In this document: in pieces, positions 8,661 to 17,749 of the stretch
How positions within the stretch are numbered: the stretch's first letter is position 1
How the letters are laid out: each line of letters opens with the position of its first letter
Origin: a virus
Taxonomy: Duplodnaviria; Caudoviricetes
Virus record (IMG/VR): IMGVR_UViG_3300013232_000197
Location: 1 to 64,000 of that record
DNA: 64,000 bases
Direction: 5' to 3' (one strand)
Notes under the pieces: model-generated
What the model was told of the DNA's origin: nothing
Databases searched by the model: none
The model's input: the letters and a program-made list of their open reading frames with translations, nothing else
Made by a program: the position numbers and the translations under genes

Positions 8661-9626
8661 TTACTTCAACTTGGACTTCAACAAGTCTTTCACCATAACC
8701 GCAGTTTTCTTGGTGATTGCTTTGCGGACCATATCGTTGTCCACAATTTCACCTTTCGCTTCTCGGGTTACGTCTTCAACCATTGCTTTAAGAATGATGG
8801 GCATTTTATCCATCCCATATCCTGGAATCTTGTCCAAGACATGCTCCAGACGTGTCATCGTGACCCACTCATTGGCAATCTTATCGGCATCTGCCATCAC
8901 TTGCATTTTGGCAGGATCGGCAACTACTCGGGGCGATGCTGTCTCACGAAAGTCATCACCTTTATGCTTACAGATAATACGGGAACCTGTACTCGTTGTC
9001 AAGTCAATAAGCGGACGAAGTACAACGCCTTCACGTTTCTTTGGATTGGCAATTCGACCCCCAAATTTGCCGTATGGTTCGACTACAGTTCCCGAAGGAC
9101 AGTTGAAATCAGCACCCTCTGGGACAATCATACTTATTCCATTGCGAATTGCCTGTACAGAAGGAGCGTCACGTTGGGCGTCAATCTCTTTGAGATCAGT
9201 TGTGATTTTGACCCAAGGAACGAAGTCAATATTTAGCGATTCGCAGAATGTTTGTGCCTCTGGCACACTGAGCCAGTTGGATCCATCCAAACAAACATCA
9301 AAAGCAATAAATTTTAAGTCGGGTCCATACGTATGGCTCATTCCCTGTTGTTTACCACCGTAAGCTTCGCCATAGATGGTTACGGCCCTGGTTCCATATC
9401 CCATATCTATTAGTTTGGCTTTGATAGCGTCGGCATCGAACAGTGCTACGAATCTCTCATGGCTTTCTCCACCGGAGGAGAATTTCAATTCAGAAGGTCC
9501 CGTCAAAGACATTGCTGCCCATGAAACATTAGCACTAGTGCCGTGGATTTTCTCCATAGCATAGCACTCCTTAAACATAAGGATTGTTTGATTCTTGTAA
9601 AGGTTTTCGATGTGGAGGTAGCCGAT
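8661..9626 (-). CDS. RNA ligase, Rnl2-like
   Basis: EKIHGTS motif I, YGEAYG, FIAFDV, REGVVLRP, ICKHK; N-terminal GYLHIENLY lies upstream of the called ATG 9578, so the start may be ATC 9626. Confidence 0.85.
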   Translation of the reverse strand: MGYLHIENLYKNQTILMFKECYAMEKIHGTSANVSWAAMSLTGPSELKFSSGGESHERFVALFDADAIKAKLIDMGYGTRAVTIYGEAYGGKQQGMSHTYGPDLKFIAFDVCLDGSNWLSVPEAQTFCESLNIDFVPWVKITTDLKEIDAQRDAPSVQAIRNGISMIVPEGADFNCPSGTVVEPYGKFGGRIANPKKREGVVLRPLIDLTTSTGSRIICKHKGDDFRETASPRVVADPAKMQVMADADKIANEWVTMTRLEHVLDKIPGYGMDKMPIILKAMVEDVTREAKGEIVDNDMVRKAITKKTAVMVKDLLKSKLK

Positions 9627-9647
9627 ATGTCCTTTCCGCTCAACAAG

Positions 9648-10307
9648 TTACGTTGATGCTTGGTTGATTTTGTGTCGTTTTAGATACCATTTTAGTTTAT
9701 CGAATTCGGTTCCGTTCTTTTCAATAAATCCGATAGTGACGTTGCAGTTATTGCATAACAAATCTCGAATTTGACCCGTAGTGTGGTTATGATCGACCGC
9801 CAACATTTTACCATTTTGTTCCGGTGTCTTGCCACATATAATACACTGTCCTGATTGTTTGTCAAGGATATTTTTGTATTGTTGAAGGGTCATTCCAAAT
9901 TTTCTACGAAGTTTTTGATCGATCAACTTTTCACGGTTTCGTTTATATGCTTTGTGTTTTGCTTCCTTTCCTTCATCCGTAGCATTGCGTTCGGATGCCA
10001 TTCGATTGGAGCATTCTTTACAATGGGATGCAACCCCACTGCGTATCTTCATTGTTGAAAACTCTGTAATGTTTTTTATTTGTTTGCATCCGGGACAATA
10101 TTTCATTCCATCAGTTACAAGCTGACGATTGGCAAGAGTAGGAAATTTGATAGATAATCCTCGTTCTATACGTCGTTCTCTTCTACATTCATATTTACGT
10201 AAATGCCTGCATGTTTTACATGATGACTCGTGGCCAGATTTGTTTTTGGATGGATAAAATTCAAACTCGTCTTTGGGACATTTACACGTTTTACATATTA
10301 TTGTCAT
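9648..10307 (-). CDS. Endonuclease VII-like homing endonuclease
   Basis: CIICG...LAVDHNHTTGQIRDLLCNNCN; N-terminal CxxC repeats. Confidence 0.85.
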   Translation of the reverse strand: MTIICKTCKCPKDEFEFYPSKNKSGHESSCKTCRHLRKYECRRERRIERGLSIKFPTLANRQLVTDGMKYCPGCKQIKNITEFSTMKIRSGVASHCKECSNRMASERNATDEGKEAKHKAYKRNREKLIDQKLRRKFGMTLQQYKNILDKQSGQCIICGKTPEQNGKMLAVDHNHTTGQIRDLLCNNCNVTIGFIEKNGTEFDKLKWYLKRHKINQAST

Positions 10308-10339
10308 ATGCTATAAATATGCAAATATCCCACGAAAAT

Positions 10340-11383
10340 TTAATCTTTTTCTTTGTAATTCTCGTTGAGCACTTTACCGGACCAAGACTTGTTGAGTGCT
10401 GTGCTGACAAATCCTTCCTTTGGACGAACGACAATACCTTCCGCTGGACCATCCGTAGGGTATTTTTGTTCGTTTGCCAATTTGATCAAACCATCCAAAG
10501 TGTAACTAAAGATATTGCCCTCTTCAATCAAGGGTACCATAGGAATGTTATACGTGGTGGTAAAGGATACCAGTTTCTCATAACTCAAGTAATAACGAGA
10601 TTTAATGTCAAAGACATTGAATACACGCAGTTCTAGTTCCTTCAACCCCAAGTTATTCTTCTGAATACCAGGCCCAACAATTTCGCCTTGAATAGCAATG
10701 TCCATATCAGGAAATGCAGTACGAAGGGCTTGTTCAATGTTGTACTTGCGAGCCATCTTCCAGAATCCATTTGATTCACTCTCTTTCAAATGAATACGAC
10801 GACTGCATACGCCAAACTCACCATTTCTGATAAAGAATGTGCCGCTACTTCCATCTTCTTTGCGAGTGATGTAATATGAATGGCTATGCAACTCGGGCAC
10901 AGCATCGGGATAAGAACGAAGGTTGTCTTCGTCCGTCACAATTAAGAATCCAGGAATGGTGCCGAAAGCTTGCCCAGCAAGTTCTGCGGGCATTGGTTTT
11001 TCGTAATGCTTTACACCAAGAACATTGGTAACATCGTCGCCCGTTTCCCATTGTGCTTGAGTTTCTACGGGATTGTCTTTTCCATCGTTGGCCATAATAC
11101 TTTTGCCCATTGGTAAAATACTCAATGGAAAGCAGATACCAGCCGATGCTTCGCCACGAAGGCGAATGGGCTTGATGCGAAAGTGTTTGTTGCGAAGAAA
11201 CTCAAATGTGGGTTGCTCTGGAAGTATGGTGTCAATGCAAATATACACACAAAAGTCGCCAACTTTGAATTCGTCACGTTTGGCTACAACAGTCCATCCC
11301 AAGACTTCTACGAGGTCGAGGGCATCGGCGTTCGGATGTTTACGAACACTTTTGATCGTTTGAATGGTCGCTAGATTATTCAT
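10340..11383 (-). CDS. RNA ligase, DRB0094/Rnl family
   Basis: LATIQTI...HPNADAL, IRLRGEASAG, TRKEDGSSGT, IQGEIVGPGIQKN, EGIVVR. Confidence 0.9.
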   Translation of the reverse strand: MNNLATIQTIKSVRKHPNADALDLVEVLGWTVVAKRDEFKVGDFCVYICIDTILPEQPTFEFLRNKHFRIKPIRLRGEASAGICFPLSILPMGKSIMANDGKDNPVETQAQWETGDDVTNVLGVKHYEKPMPAELAGQAFGTIPGFLIVTDEDNLRSYPDAVPELHSHSYYITRKEDGSSGTFFIRNGEFGVCSRRIHLKESESNGFWKMARKYNIEQALRTAFPDMDIAIQGEIVGPGIQKNNLGLKELELRVFNVFDIKSRYYLSYEKLVSFTTTYNIPMVPLIEEGNIFSYTLDGLIKLANEQKYPTDGPAEGIVVRPKEGFVSTALNKSWSGKVLNENYKEKD

Positions 11384-11429
11384 AGTCTCGCCAACTATAC
11401 TCTAAATCGGTGAGAATGTCAACCATTTT

Positions 11430-11609
11430 CTAGGAAAGGTTTGATGGCTCTTCGTAGCTTTCAAAGATGGGTAAGGTTAACTGACCAATTTCGGCATTTT
11501 CCGTTTCCACGGTTTCTTTTATTTGCATCATTCGGAAATCGTGATCCGATAACGATTGTAGCCATTTGGACCATGCTGTGGTAGGTAAGATTGAGTTTAT
11601 TTCTATCAT
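11430..11609 (-). CDS. Hypothetical protein (59 aa, TAG stop)
   Basis: MIEINSILPTTAWSKW...; ATGA overlap with the upstream gene. Confidence 0.5.
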   Translation of the reverse strand: MIEINSILPTTAWSKWLQSLSDHDFRMMQIKETVETENAEIGQLTLPIFESYEEPSNLS

Positions 11610-11836
11610 AGGTTATCTTTGTTTCTATGCCATAGGTAATAAATGGAAAATTCAAAGATGGTAAAATTGAGAATTCTCAATGATGTTTCCCATCGTGGAG
11701 TATGATCGGCGAGAAATCTATCCCAGTTTAGGTTTAGTTCCAGTACAGAAAGACCATCGGATAGATCACGGTACTTGTAAAGTGCCGCAAACTCCCATGC
11801 ATAGTTGTCGTTGATTTCTGTACCCAACCAAATCAT
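11606..11836 (-). CDS. Hypothetical protein
   Basis: 76-aa ORF. Confidence 0.55.
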   Translation of the reverse strand: MIWLGTEINDNYAWEFAALYKYRDLSDGLSVLELNLNWDRFLADHTPRWETSLRILNFTIFEFSIYYLWHRNKDNL

Positions 11837-11950
11837 AAAAGTAAATAATAGCAGATTATTCTAAAAAGTCAACTTTTTTCAATGATGCTTGAAGATTGAA
11901 ATTATAAAAAGTTGACCCATTTGATTGGCTCTGCTATGATATGCGACATT

Positions 11951-12772
11951 ATGGGCGACGGTGCTGATATGTTGATTGAGCAAATGGAGCGAGATGAACT
12001 CTATTTTGACAACGTTATGTACATGGAAGAGACGGACTCTTATATTGGGCATGGACATAAATCACCCCCGACTTGCAGATTTTGTAAGAAGCCTGGTTTG
12101 ACGTGGGGCATGGTAAAGGAAAGATGGATGCTTTATGAAGCCGATGGCAATATACATGATTGTCCCACACATCCATTACCATTGAGTTTTTGGAAAGAAA
12201 AATTTGAGTTAAGCCGATTGAAAAAGAAAATGAAAATGAAAATGAATACCACACAACTTTTACCGATTCCGTCTTGGGACGAGACTTTTATGCACGATGC
12301 CTATTGGTGGGCACGCCGGTCCAAAGACCCTCGTACCAAGATCGGTGCTGTCTTGGTTCTTCCCGGTGATAAAGACCCAATCTCACATGGATACAATGGA
12401 TTTGCTCGAGCGGTAAATGATAATGAAATGTCTCGATGGGAACGTCCTGAAAAGTATGAATGGATTGTTCATGCTGAAGATAATGCCGTACTTAACTGTT
12501 CTCGCAAAGGACAATCCTCCAAGGGATCAATAATGTACACCCAAGGCGTCCCTTGTACTCGTTGCGCCGACGCCTGCGTGCAAGGTGGCATTATTGAAAT
12601 TGTTGTTCATAAGCAATGGCAGGACTATGAGAAGAAGTTTGGTTGGGACAAATGGATTGACTCTGCCAAACGAAGCGAGCAAAAGTTCAATGAAGCAGGA
12701 ATCAAAATCCGAGTTTTCGATGGTGCCCTTGGAATGCAAGGCGTCCTCGATGGAAAAGTAATCAACATCTAA
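11951..12772 (+). CDS. dCMP deaminase with N-terminal Cys/His domain
   Basis: SKDPRTKIGAV, GYNG, HAEDNA, PCTRC; N-terminal CRFC...HDC; TTGACC-17-TATGAT promoter at 11912-11940. Confidence 0.88.
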   Translation: MGDGADMLIEQMERDELYFDNVMYMEETDSYIGHGHKSPPTCRFCKKPGLTWGMVKERWMLYEADGNIHDCPTHPLPLSFWKEKFELSRLKKKMKMKMNTTQLLPIPSWDETFMHDAYWWARRSKDPRTKIGAVLVLPGDKDPISHGYNGFARAVNDNEMSRWERPEKYEWIVHAEDNAVLNCSRKGQSSKGSIMYTQGVPCTRCADACVQGGIIEIVVHKQWQDYEKKFGWDKWIDSAKRSEQKFNEAGIKIRVFDGALGMQGVLDGKVINI

Positions 12773-12794
12773 ATTAGTTAAACATACAAAACAC

Positions 12795-13220
12795 ATGAAA
12801 GTATCATTAGAACAAATTGAAGCAACCCTCCTCGAACGTAAGATTGACCCACCCAAGGTCCAAGAAATCCTTAAAGACCTTCAGCAAGCCGTTGAGGATG
12901 AAAAAGCAGACGGTGGAAAAGGACCAAAGGCAAAGTGGGAGCATATCATTGTTCTCAACGATCCCGAAGGTAAAATCAAAGAAGATTTCACTGGTTGGGT
13001 TGTAGTTCAACAAGAGGGACAAGATAGTGGATTAGTACTGTCCAAACTGGTTGACGCTGCCAAGAATCAGAATGAGGCATCGGTGAGGAAAAAGAACCTC
13101 GTCAAGTGTTTCGGCGACCTGTTTGAGTCCTTGAAGCCCAAGTTCCTTAAAGAAAAGGGTCTTAAGATCAAGACCAAGGAAGCAGTCCGAGTTCTGGTTG
13201 TAAACGGTAAGACTCTGTGA
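12795..13220 (+). CDS. Hypothetical protein
   Basis: 141-aa ORF. Confidence 0.7.
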   Translation: MKVSLEQIEATLLERKIDPPKVQEILKDLQQAVEDEKADGGKGPKAKWEHIIVLNDPEGKIKEDFTGWVVVQQEGQDSGLVLSKLVDAAKNQNEASVRKKNLVKCFGDLFESLKPKFLKEKGLKIKTKEAVRVLVVNGKTL

Positions 13221-13229
13221 AAGAAATGA

Positions 13230-13266
13230 GGATGGCCCATCGAAAAGTGCGGTGGGTCATCCTTTT
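13230..13266 (+). terminator. Intrinsic terminator
   Basis: GGATGGCCCATC/GGTGGGTCATCC stem plus TTTT. Confidence 0.75.
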
Positions 13267-13293
13267 CGGGTAAGTAGATAAAATCTCACATCT

Positions 13294-13319
13294 TTTTCGG
13301 TTTCGTGGCGATATTTATA
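13294..13319 (+). promoter_or_regulatory. Putative phage late-type promoter TTTTC-N-ATATTTATA
   Basis: Motif recurs before 2532, 10307, 28392, 38515 and 52291. Confidence 0.55.
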
Positions 13320-13326
13320 CTCGTCT

Positions 13327-14700
13327 ATGAATATACCGGAAATTTATCTCGTTGAGCCATACAATGCTTATGCACCCAAAGGACGTAAGAAGCATTGGCA
13401 TGAAGTCGTTGAAGAACAAGCCTTGATGCAACGCATTATGGCCGAGCAAATGGCTCTTCAAGAAGCAGCCAGTAAGACCCTGCCTCCAAACTCCCCTCCA
13501 ACTTCAATTCAAACTGCTGTTGGTACTCCACCCGCAGGCGCAGGTGGTCAACCAGTGTGGGATTTTTGGAACCCAACAGGTGACATTGTCAATTTCTCTG
13601 CTACACCACTCGCTGGTGCTGGACCAATGACGGTAGTGTTTACCAACCTCACTACTACTCCACAATTTGATACATACCTTTGGTTGTTTGGTGATGGAAC
13701 TACGAGTACTGAAATCAATCCAACTCATGTATATCATAGTGCCAGTGCTCTCATAACTGCATCTTTGCAAGTTAGTAGCTCAACTACGGGTCAACCTGGT
13801 GGAAATGTTACTAAAAACGGATATATTAGTGCATCCGTTCCTCTTGTTATTGCCTCTGGGTCGTATATTACTTCATCAGGACCTGGTCCAATTTCAGCAT
13901 CGTTTACGAATTTGACAGTCAACACAAGTCAAACTCCAACGACACTTTACAAGTTGTTCTATGGCGATGGACAATCAGCAAGTTTTGCAATAAGTGGAAC
14001 AATTCCATCAACTCCAGTTATTCATAACTATGTCAATACTGGAAGCTTTACCGCATCCATTCAAGCAACGGGTTCCTACCGTATCGCATCGGCTTACACA
14101 GCAGCATTCTTTGTCCCAGCACCAACGTTGAATGCAGCATTCACGTTTAACACTTCGTCTAATTATGCTCCAGCTACTACAACCTTCTTGAATGGTACTT
14201 CATATAATGGTGTAGGTGGCAATTTAACATATCATTGGGAACTTGGTAGTGGAAGTTTGACTTCTTCAGCGATTATTCCTCTTGGAGCAGTTCTATATGG
14301 TAATGCAGGACCATATACTGCCTCATTGGCGGTAACTGAAAGTCTATATGGTATCAAGTCATTTATTACTCGTAGTTGGAGATTAGAAGTTCCGACTTTG
14401 ACAGCAGCATTCACGACTCAATCTGCTGGATACGGTGCGGAAGCAAATAATCCTAATGAGCCAGTAAGTATGTCTTTCACCAGTAGTACTGCTTATGCTG
14501 GAAATGGAACATTGACCTATCTATGGAATTTCGGGTCAGCAAGTATCGGTGGCCAATCAGGAACTTCAACCGCAGTTGGACCACATTATCGCTTCCCTTA
14601 TATTTTGCAAGATGGAGGTTACACCGCTTCATTGCAAGTCACAGCAAGCAACTACGGACTTACTTCGAAAGCAACGAAGATGTTCTACGTATCTTCTTAA
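13327..14700 (+). CDS. PKD (Ig-like) repeat protein, probably virion-associated
   Basis: Repeated A.F.......P..V.FTN.....Y.W.FGDG units; Ser/Thr/Gly-rich. Confidence 0.8.
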   Translation: MNIPEIYLVEPYNAYAPKGRKKHWHEVVEEQALMQRIMAEQMALQEAASKTLPPNSPPTSIQTAVGTPPAGAGGQPVWDFWNPTGDIVNFSATPLAGAGPMTVVFTNLTTTPQFDTYLWLFGDGTTSTEINPTHVYHSASALITASLQVSSSTTGQPGGNVTKNGYISASVPLVIASGSYITSSGPGPISASFTNLTVNTSQTPTTLYKLFYGDGQSASFAISGTIPSTPVIHNYVNTGSFTASIQATGSYRIASAYTAAFFVPAPTLNAAFTFNTSSNYAPATTTFLNGTSYNGVGGNLTYHWELGSGSLTSSAIIPLGAVLYGNAGPYTASLAVTESLYGIKSFITRSWRLEVPTLTAAFTTQSAGYGAEANNPNEPVSMSFTSSTAYAGNGTLTYLWNFGSASIGGQSGTSTAVGPHYRFPYILQDGGYTASLQVTASNYGLTSKATKMFYVSS

Positions 14701-14716
14701 ACGAAATAACAATTAC

Positions 14717-14740
14717 AACCCCGCTTCGGCGGGGTTTTTT
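14717..14740 (+). terminator. Intrinsic (likely bidirectional) terminator
   Basis: AACCCCGC-TTCG-GCGGGGTT plus T run. Confidence 0.9.
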
Positions 14741-14744
14741 GTTA

Positions 14745-15710
14745 TCAGTAAGGAGGAGGCATTTTGGAAAGTTTTCCGCCGAAGAAATCTTCGGCATTGA
14801 CATAATCAAATCCACACCTAGCGGCGAAGGTATCATCCGAAGTCATATCACCAACCATAATACAATGCGAAGGACGTAGTTTGTATTTCTCAATGAACCA
14901 CGCTCCAATACCTGGATGGGGTTTCCTGCAATAACAAGATACTGGAGGAATGCGGTGAGGACAAAATTGATAATCAATCTTTACACCGAGCAGACGATTG
15001 GTTTCCTCAAAGCAAGTGACTACCGCTTCTCGTGGTGTCCCCCTGGCAATACCTGACTGGTTGGACGCTCCCAGTAAGATATATCCTTTGTCACGGTATT
15101 CTTTCAACTTTTCGGCACGGCCAGGAAGCATTTGAATATCACTAATGTCAATAGGATACTTTTGTTTGCCGACGCTAAGGCGTAAGGTACCATCGTAATC
15201 TACAATCAGTGCCTTATTGATGTAATCTGGTCCCCATACTCGTCTGAAAGGTACTTCTTCAATGGAAGCAAATCCTTCAGCGGTAGTAGGTTTCTGAAAC
15301 TCTTTCCTGTAATGAAATAGAGCTACAGGAGGAAACAGGTTGGGGTCATTGATCTTTTTGAAATCTTCCGGTTGAAGTAGTTTACCTGTTTTACGTACCA
15401 TACGAAGGCACGCATTCAACTGAGCATCTTCAAAAGAAGTAGTCAGATGGACACAGCGAATGGGCACTTTATTGGTCTTGGCAGCACGAACAATGGATGC
15501 TCGGCTTTTCACCGATGGGTACGTGTTATCAAGGACAAGAGAGCCGGAGCCATTACGAAGCATGGCTTCGGCTTCTTCAGCTAAATCGTCAATACCCTTC
15601 CCAGCAAGGTCCCGGTTCAGACGGGTATAATCTTGCTTAACAAAAGTTTCAACAAGGGTACTTTTGCCGGCGGCATTGTACCCCATTATGATGACGATCT
15701 CTTTGCTCAC
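14745..15710 (-). CDS. Polynucleotide kinase/3'-phosphatase (AAA_33 + HAD-IIIA)
   Basis: GYNAAGKST, VLDNT, then DYDGTL, SNQSG, CRKP.PG, MVGD; GTG start 15710 preferred over 15905. Confidence 0.88.
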   Translation of the reverse strand: MSKEIVIIMGYNAAGKSTLVETFVKQDYTRLNRDLAGKGIDDLAEEAEAMLRNGSGSLVLDNTYPSVKSRASIVRAAKTNKVPIRCVHLTTSFEDAQLNACLRMVRKTGKLLQPEDFKKINDPNLFPPVALFHYRKEFQKPTTAEGFASIEEVPFRRVWGPDYINKALIVDYDGTLRLSVGKQKYPIDISDIQMLPGRAEKLKEYRDKGYILLGASNQSGIARGTPREAVVTCFEETNRLLGVKIDYQFCPHRIPPVSCYCRKPHPGIGAWFIEKYKLRPSHCIMVGDMTSDDTFAARCGFDYVNAEDFFGGKLSKMPPPY

Positions 15711-15711
15711 C

Positions 15712-16200
15712 TTACGACTTGATGTTATAAGTGTTGAGAAACAACTTACGGCGAACAATCCAAACATCACTGTGATCGGTCTGGTTGCGGCAGATGAAAT
15801 CGCCAGCAGAACCCCGCTGGACATTTTTTTCAAGTCCCACGGTTTCACCCCACTGTCCGATAATGTAGAATCCGCCGATATCGGTTTGACTCTCAGGGAC
15901 TTCAATCACGTTAACGGCATTGTCGGGGAGCGGTTCACACACCATCCAGCCATCATTGTCAATGGCTTTGACGGCATATTTGGCGAGCAACTTCTTGGGC
16001 ATTTGCTGCCACGTATCTCCCGCTTCACCGACACAGATAACCACGCCATCACCCAATGGTTCCTTGCCTTCAAGGGTATCCACGAGGAACTTGTTAGTCA
16101 CACTTCGGTCAACCAAAAGGCTGATTAGGGGTTTCGCTTTGATCGGACGAGTTTTGCTGGCAATCTTCCAGCCCGTTAGGTTTTTGGTTTCAATTTTCAT
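15712..16200 (-). CDS. PGDYG-like repeat-domain protein
   Basis: Two TLEG/GD.I..G..GD.W-like units. Confidence 0.55.
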   Translation of the reverse strand: MKIETKNLTGWKIASKTRPIKAKPLISLLVDRSVTNKFLVDTLEGKEPLGDGVVICVGEAGDTWQQMPKKLLAKYAVKAIDNDGWMVCEPLPDNAVNVIEVPESQTDIGGFYIIGQWGETVGLEKNVQRGSAGDFICRNQTDHSDVWIVRRKLFLNTYNIKS

Positions 16201-16366
16201 TTGTTTCTACGACGAGGAATTCTTTTTCTGCTTCCCACCACAAGCCAAGAGATTTCTTAGCTTCGGGTGAAATTTTTGATCGTTGAAGTCCTACCCGCAA
16301 AACTTCCGAGAAGTCATCTACAAGTTCCACGGGTAGGTAAACTGCAATGTCAGGCGTTTTAGCCAT
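16190..16366 (-). CDS. Hypothetical protein
   Basis: ATG 16366 just after the upstream stop. Confidence 0.6.
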   Translation of the reverse strand: MAKTPDIAVYLPVELVDDFSEVLRVGLQRSKISPEAKKSLGLWWEAEKEFLVVETNEN

Positions 16367-16367
16367 A

Positions 16368-16997
16368 CTACCAGTCAATTTGTGAGGCAGACAAGTAATG
16401 GGGATTGGCGACCACGGTGTATCCCAACCCCTCAACGTAATCCTGAATCTTTTCACACGACCAACCAGTGCTCACATCACGCTTGATGGCAGATTGCACT
16501 TGTTTGAGGGTTGGATGAAACCCCTTGGACTCACAGTTGTCCAAGTAACTTGCAATGCGATCCTGAACCACTGAATCAGATACCTTGGTAGCAGTAGCCA
16601 CAGGAGGCGTCGGAAATTGTATGATGTTGCTTGGGACCGGCTGCGATACTGGAGTTGCCGCCACAGGCTGATAGATGGGACTCGTAGCTACGAGGGTTGG
16701 CGTGTATTCAAAATATGTGCCATTGAAGTTGCGGCTGAGCGAGAAGTCGGTGTCAAAGACGCCCGTGCGCCACAGTTCATCGAAAATGGCTTTGACTTTG
16801 GCGTGAGGAATGTCAAAGCGGAACGAAGCACCAGAAACTTCCACTTCGGGGATTTCCAAATTTCCACCAGAAACTTTGGAACGAACAGCACGAGTAATAT
16901 CGTGGACACTAAACTGCTTGTTTTGTGAGGCGAACTCCTTGGTCTGCATCAATACGGCAGTTTGAAGAGTTACACTAGGAACGTTGGATTTGCACAT
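16368..16997 (-). CDS. Hypothetical protein with Pro/Thr-rich linker (TAG stop)
   Basis: 209-aa ORF. Confidence 0.7.
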   Translation of the reverse strand: MCKSNVPSVTLQTAVLMQTKEFASQNKQFSVHDITRAVRSKVSGGNLEIPEVEVSGASFRFDIPHAKVKAIFDELWRTGVFDTDFSLSRNFNGTYFEYTPTLVATSPIYQPVAATPVSQPVPSNIIQFPTPPVATATKVSDSVVQDRIASYLDNCESKGFHPTLKQVQSAIKRDVSTGWSCEKIQDYVEGLGYTVVANPHYLSASQIDW

Positions 16998-17225
16998 ACG
17001 GTTATTACACTATTGTTGGTTGTTTATTCTATTTCTACGTTACGAGAGCATTATATCTTACTCTGCGAAAATGTCAAGGATTTTTTGATCATCGGTTAAT
17101 CCAGTCTATCCATGATACCCATTACCACAACCATTGCCATAGCTATCATATAGTTGGCAAGAGGTAGTGGCCATATGGCAAAGGTAAACACTATCCACGC
17201 AATGACCCATACAATGATTTTCATA

Positions 17226-17501
17226 TTATTGAGTCTTTTGTTTTGCAACGTGCATTGCAGATTCAAGTTCATTGGCTAGTTCTCGCAGAATATGGGGAGT
17301 AATAGTCACACCATACAATGCAAGAGTAGCAGCATTGCAATAAGATTGTAAAGTTAGCTCTTGATTAAGAAAAATACCTCCTGGTTCGCCGTTGGCGATA
17401 AACTTGGTTGTCAGAGTCAACGACTCCCCACCGTTATCGTGTGGGTTAAAGTTGAAAGAATGAGTCTTGACCACTGCGTCTGCTTTAGGTTTTGTTTTCA
17501 T
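17226..17501 (-). CDS. Hypothetical protein
   Basis: 91-aa ORF. Confidence 0.7.
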   Translation of the reverse strand: MKTKPKADAVVKTHSFNFNPHDNGGESLTLTTKFIANGEPGGIFLNQELTLQSYCNAATLALYGVTITPHILRELANELESAMHVAKQKTQ

Positions 17502-17518
17502 GTTATTTACATTCCAAG

Positions 17519-17749
17519 TTATACAATCGTAAACATTTCGTATTTGTATTCTTTGGACGCCCGTTCAACAAAATAATCAAATGTTTCCATATCACTTGAA
17601 TGAGCATTGAACTCACTGATTTCATCCTCGGTAATTCCGAAGAGCTTATGGTAATCGTTTGGCTCAATATATTTTGCATTGGGATTGTTTATTTTAATCC
17701 CATGAAATCCAAAGGTATCGTTGAATACAATCCAGTAGGTCATTTGCAT
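17519..17749 (-). CDS. Hypothetical protein
   Basis: 76-aa ORF overlapping the PARP stop. Confidence 0.6.
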   Translation of the reverse strand: MQMTYWIVFNDTFGFHGIKINNPNAKYIEPNDYHKLFGITEDEISEFNAHSSDMETFDYFVERASKEYKYEMFTIV

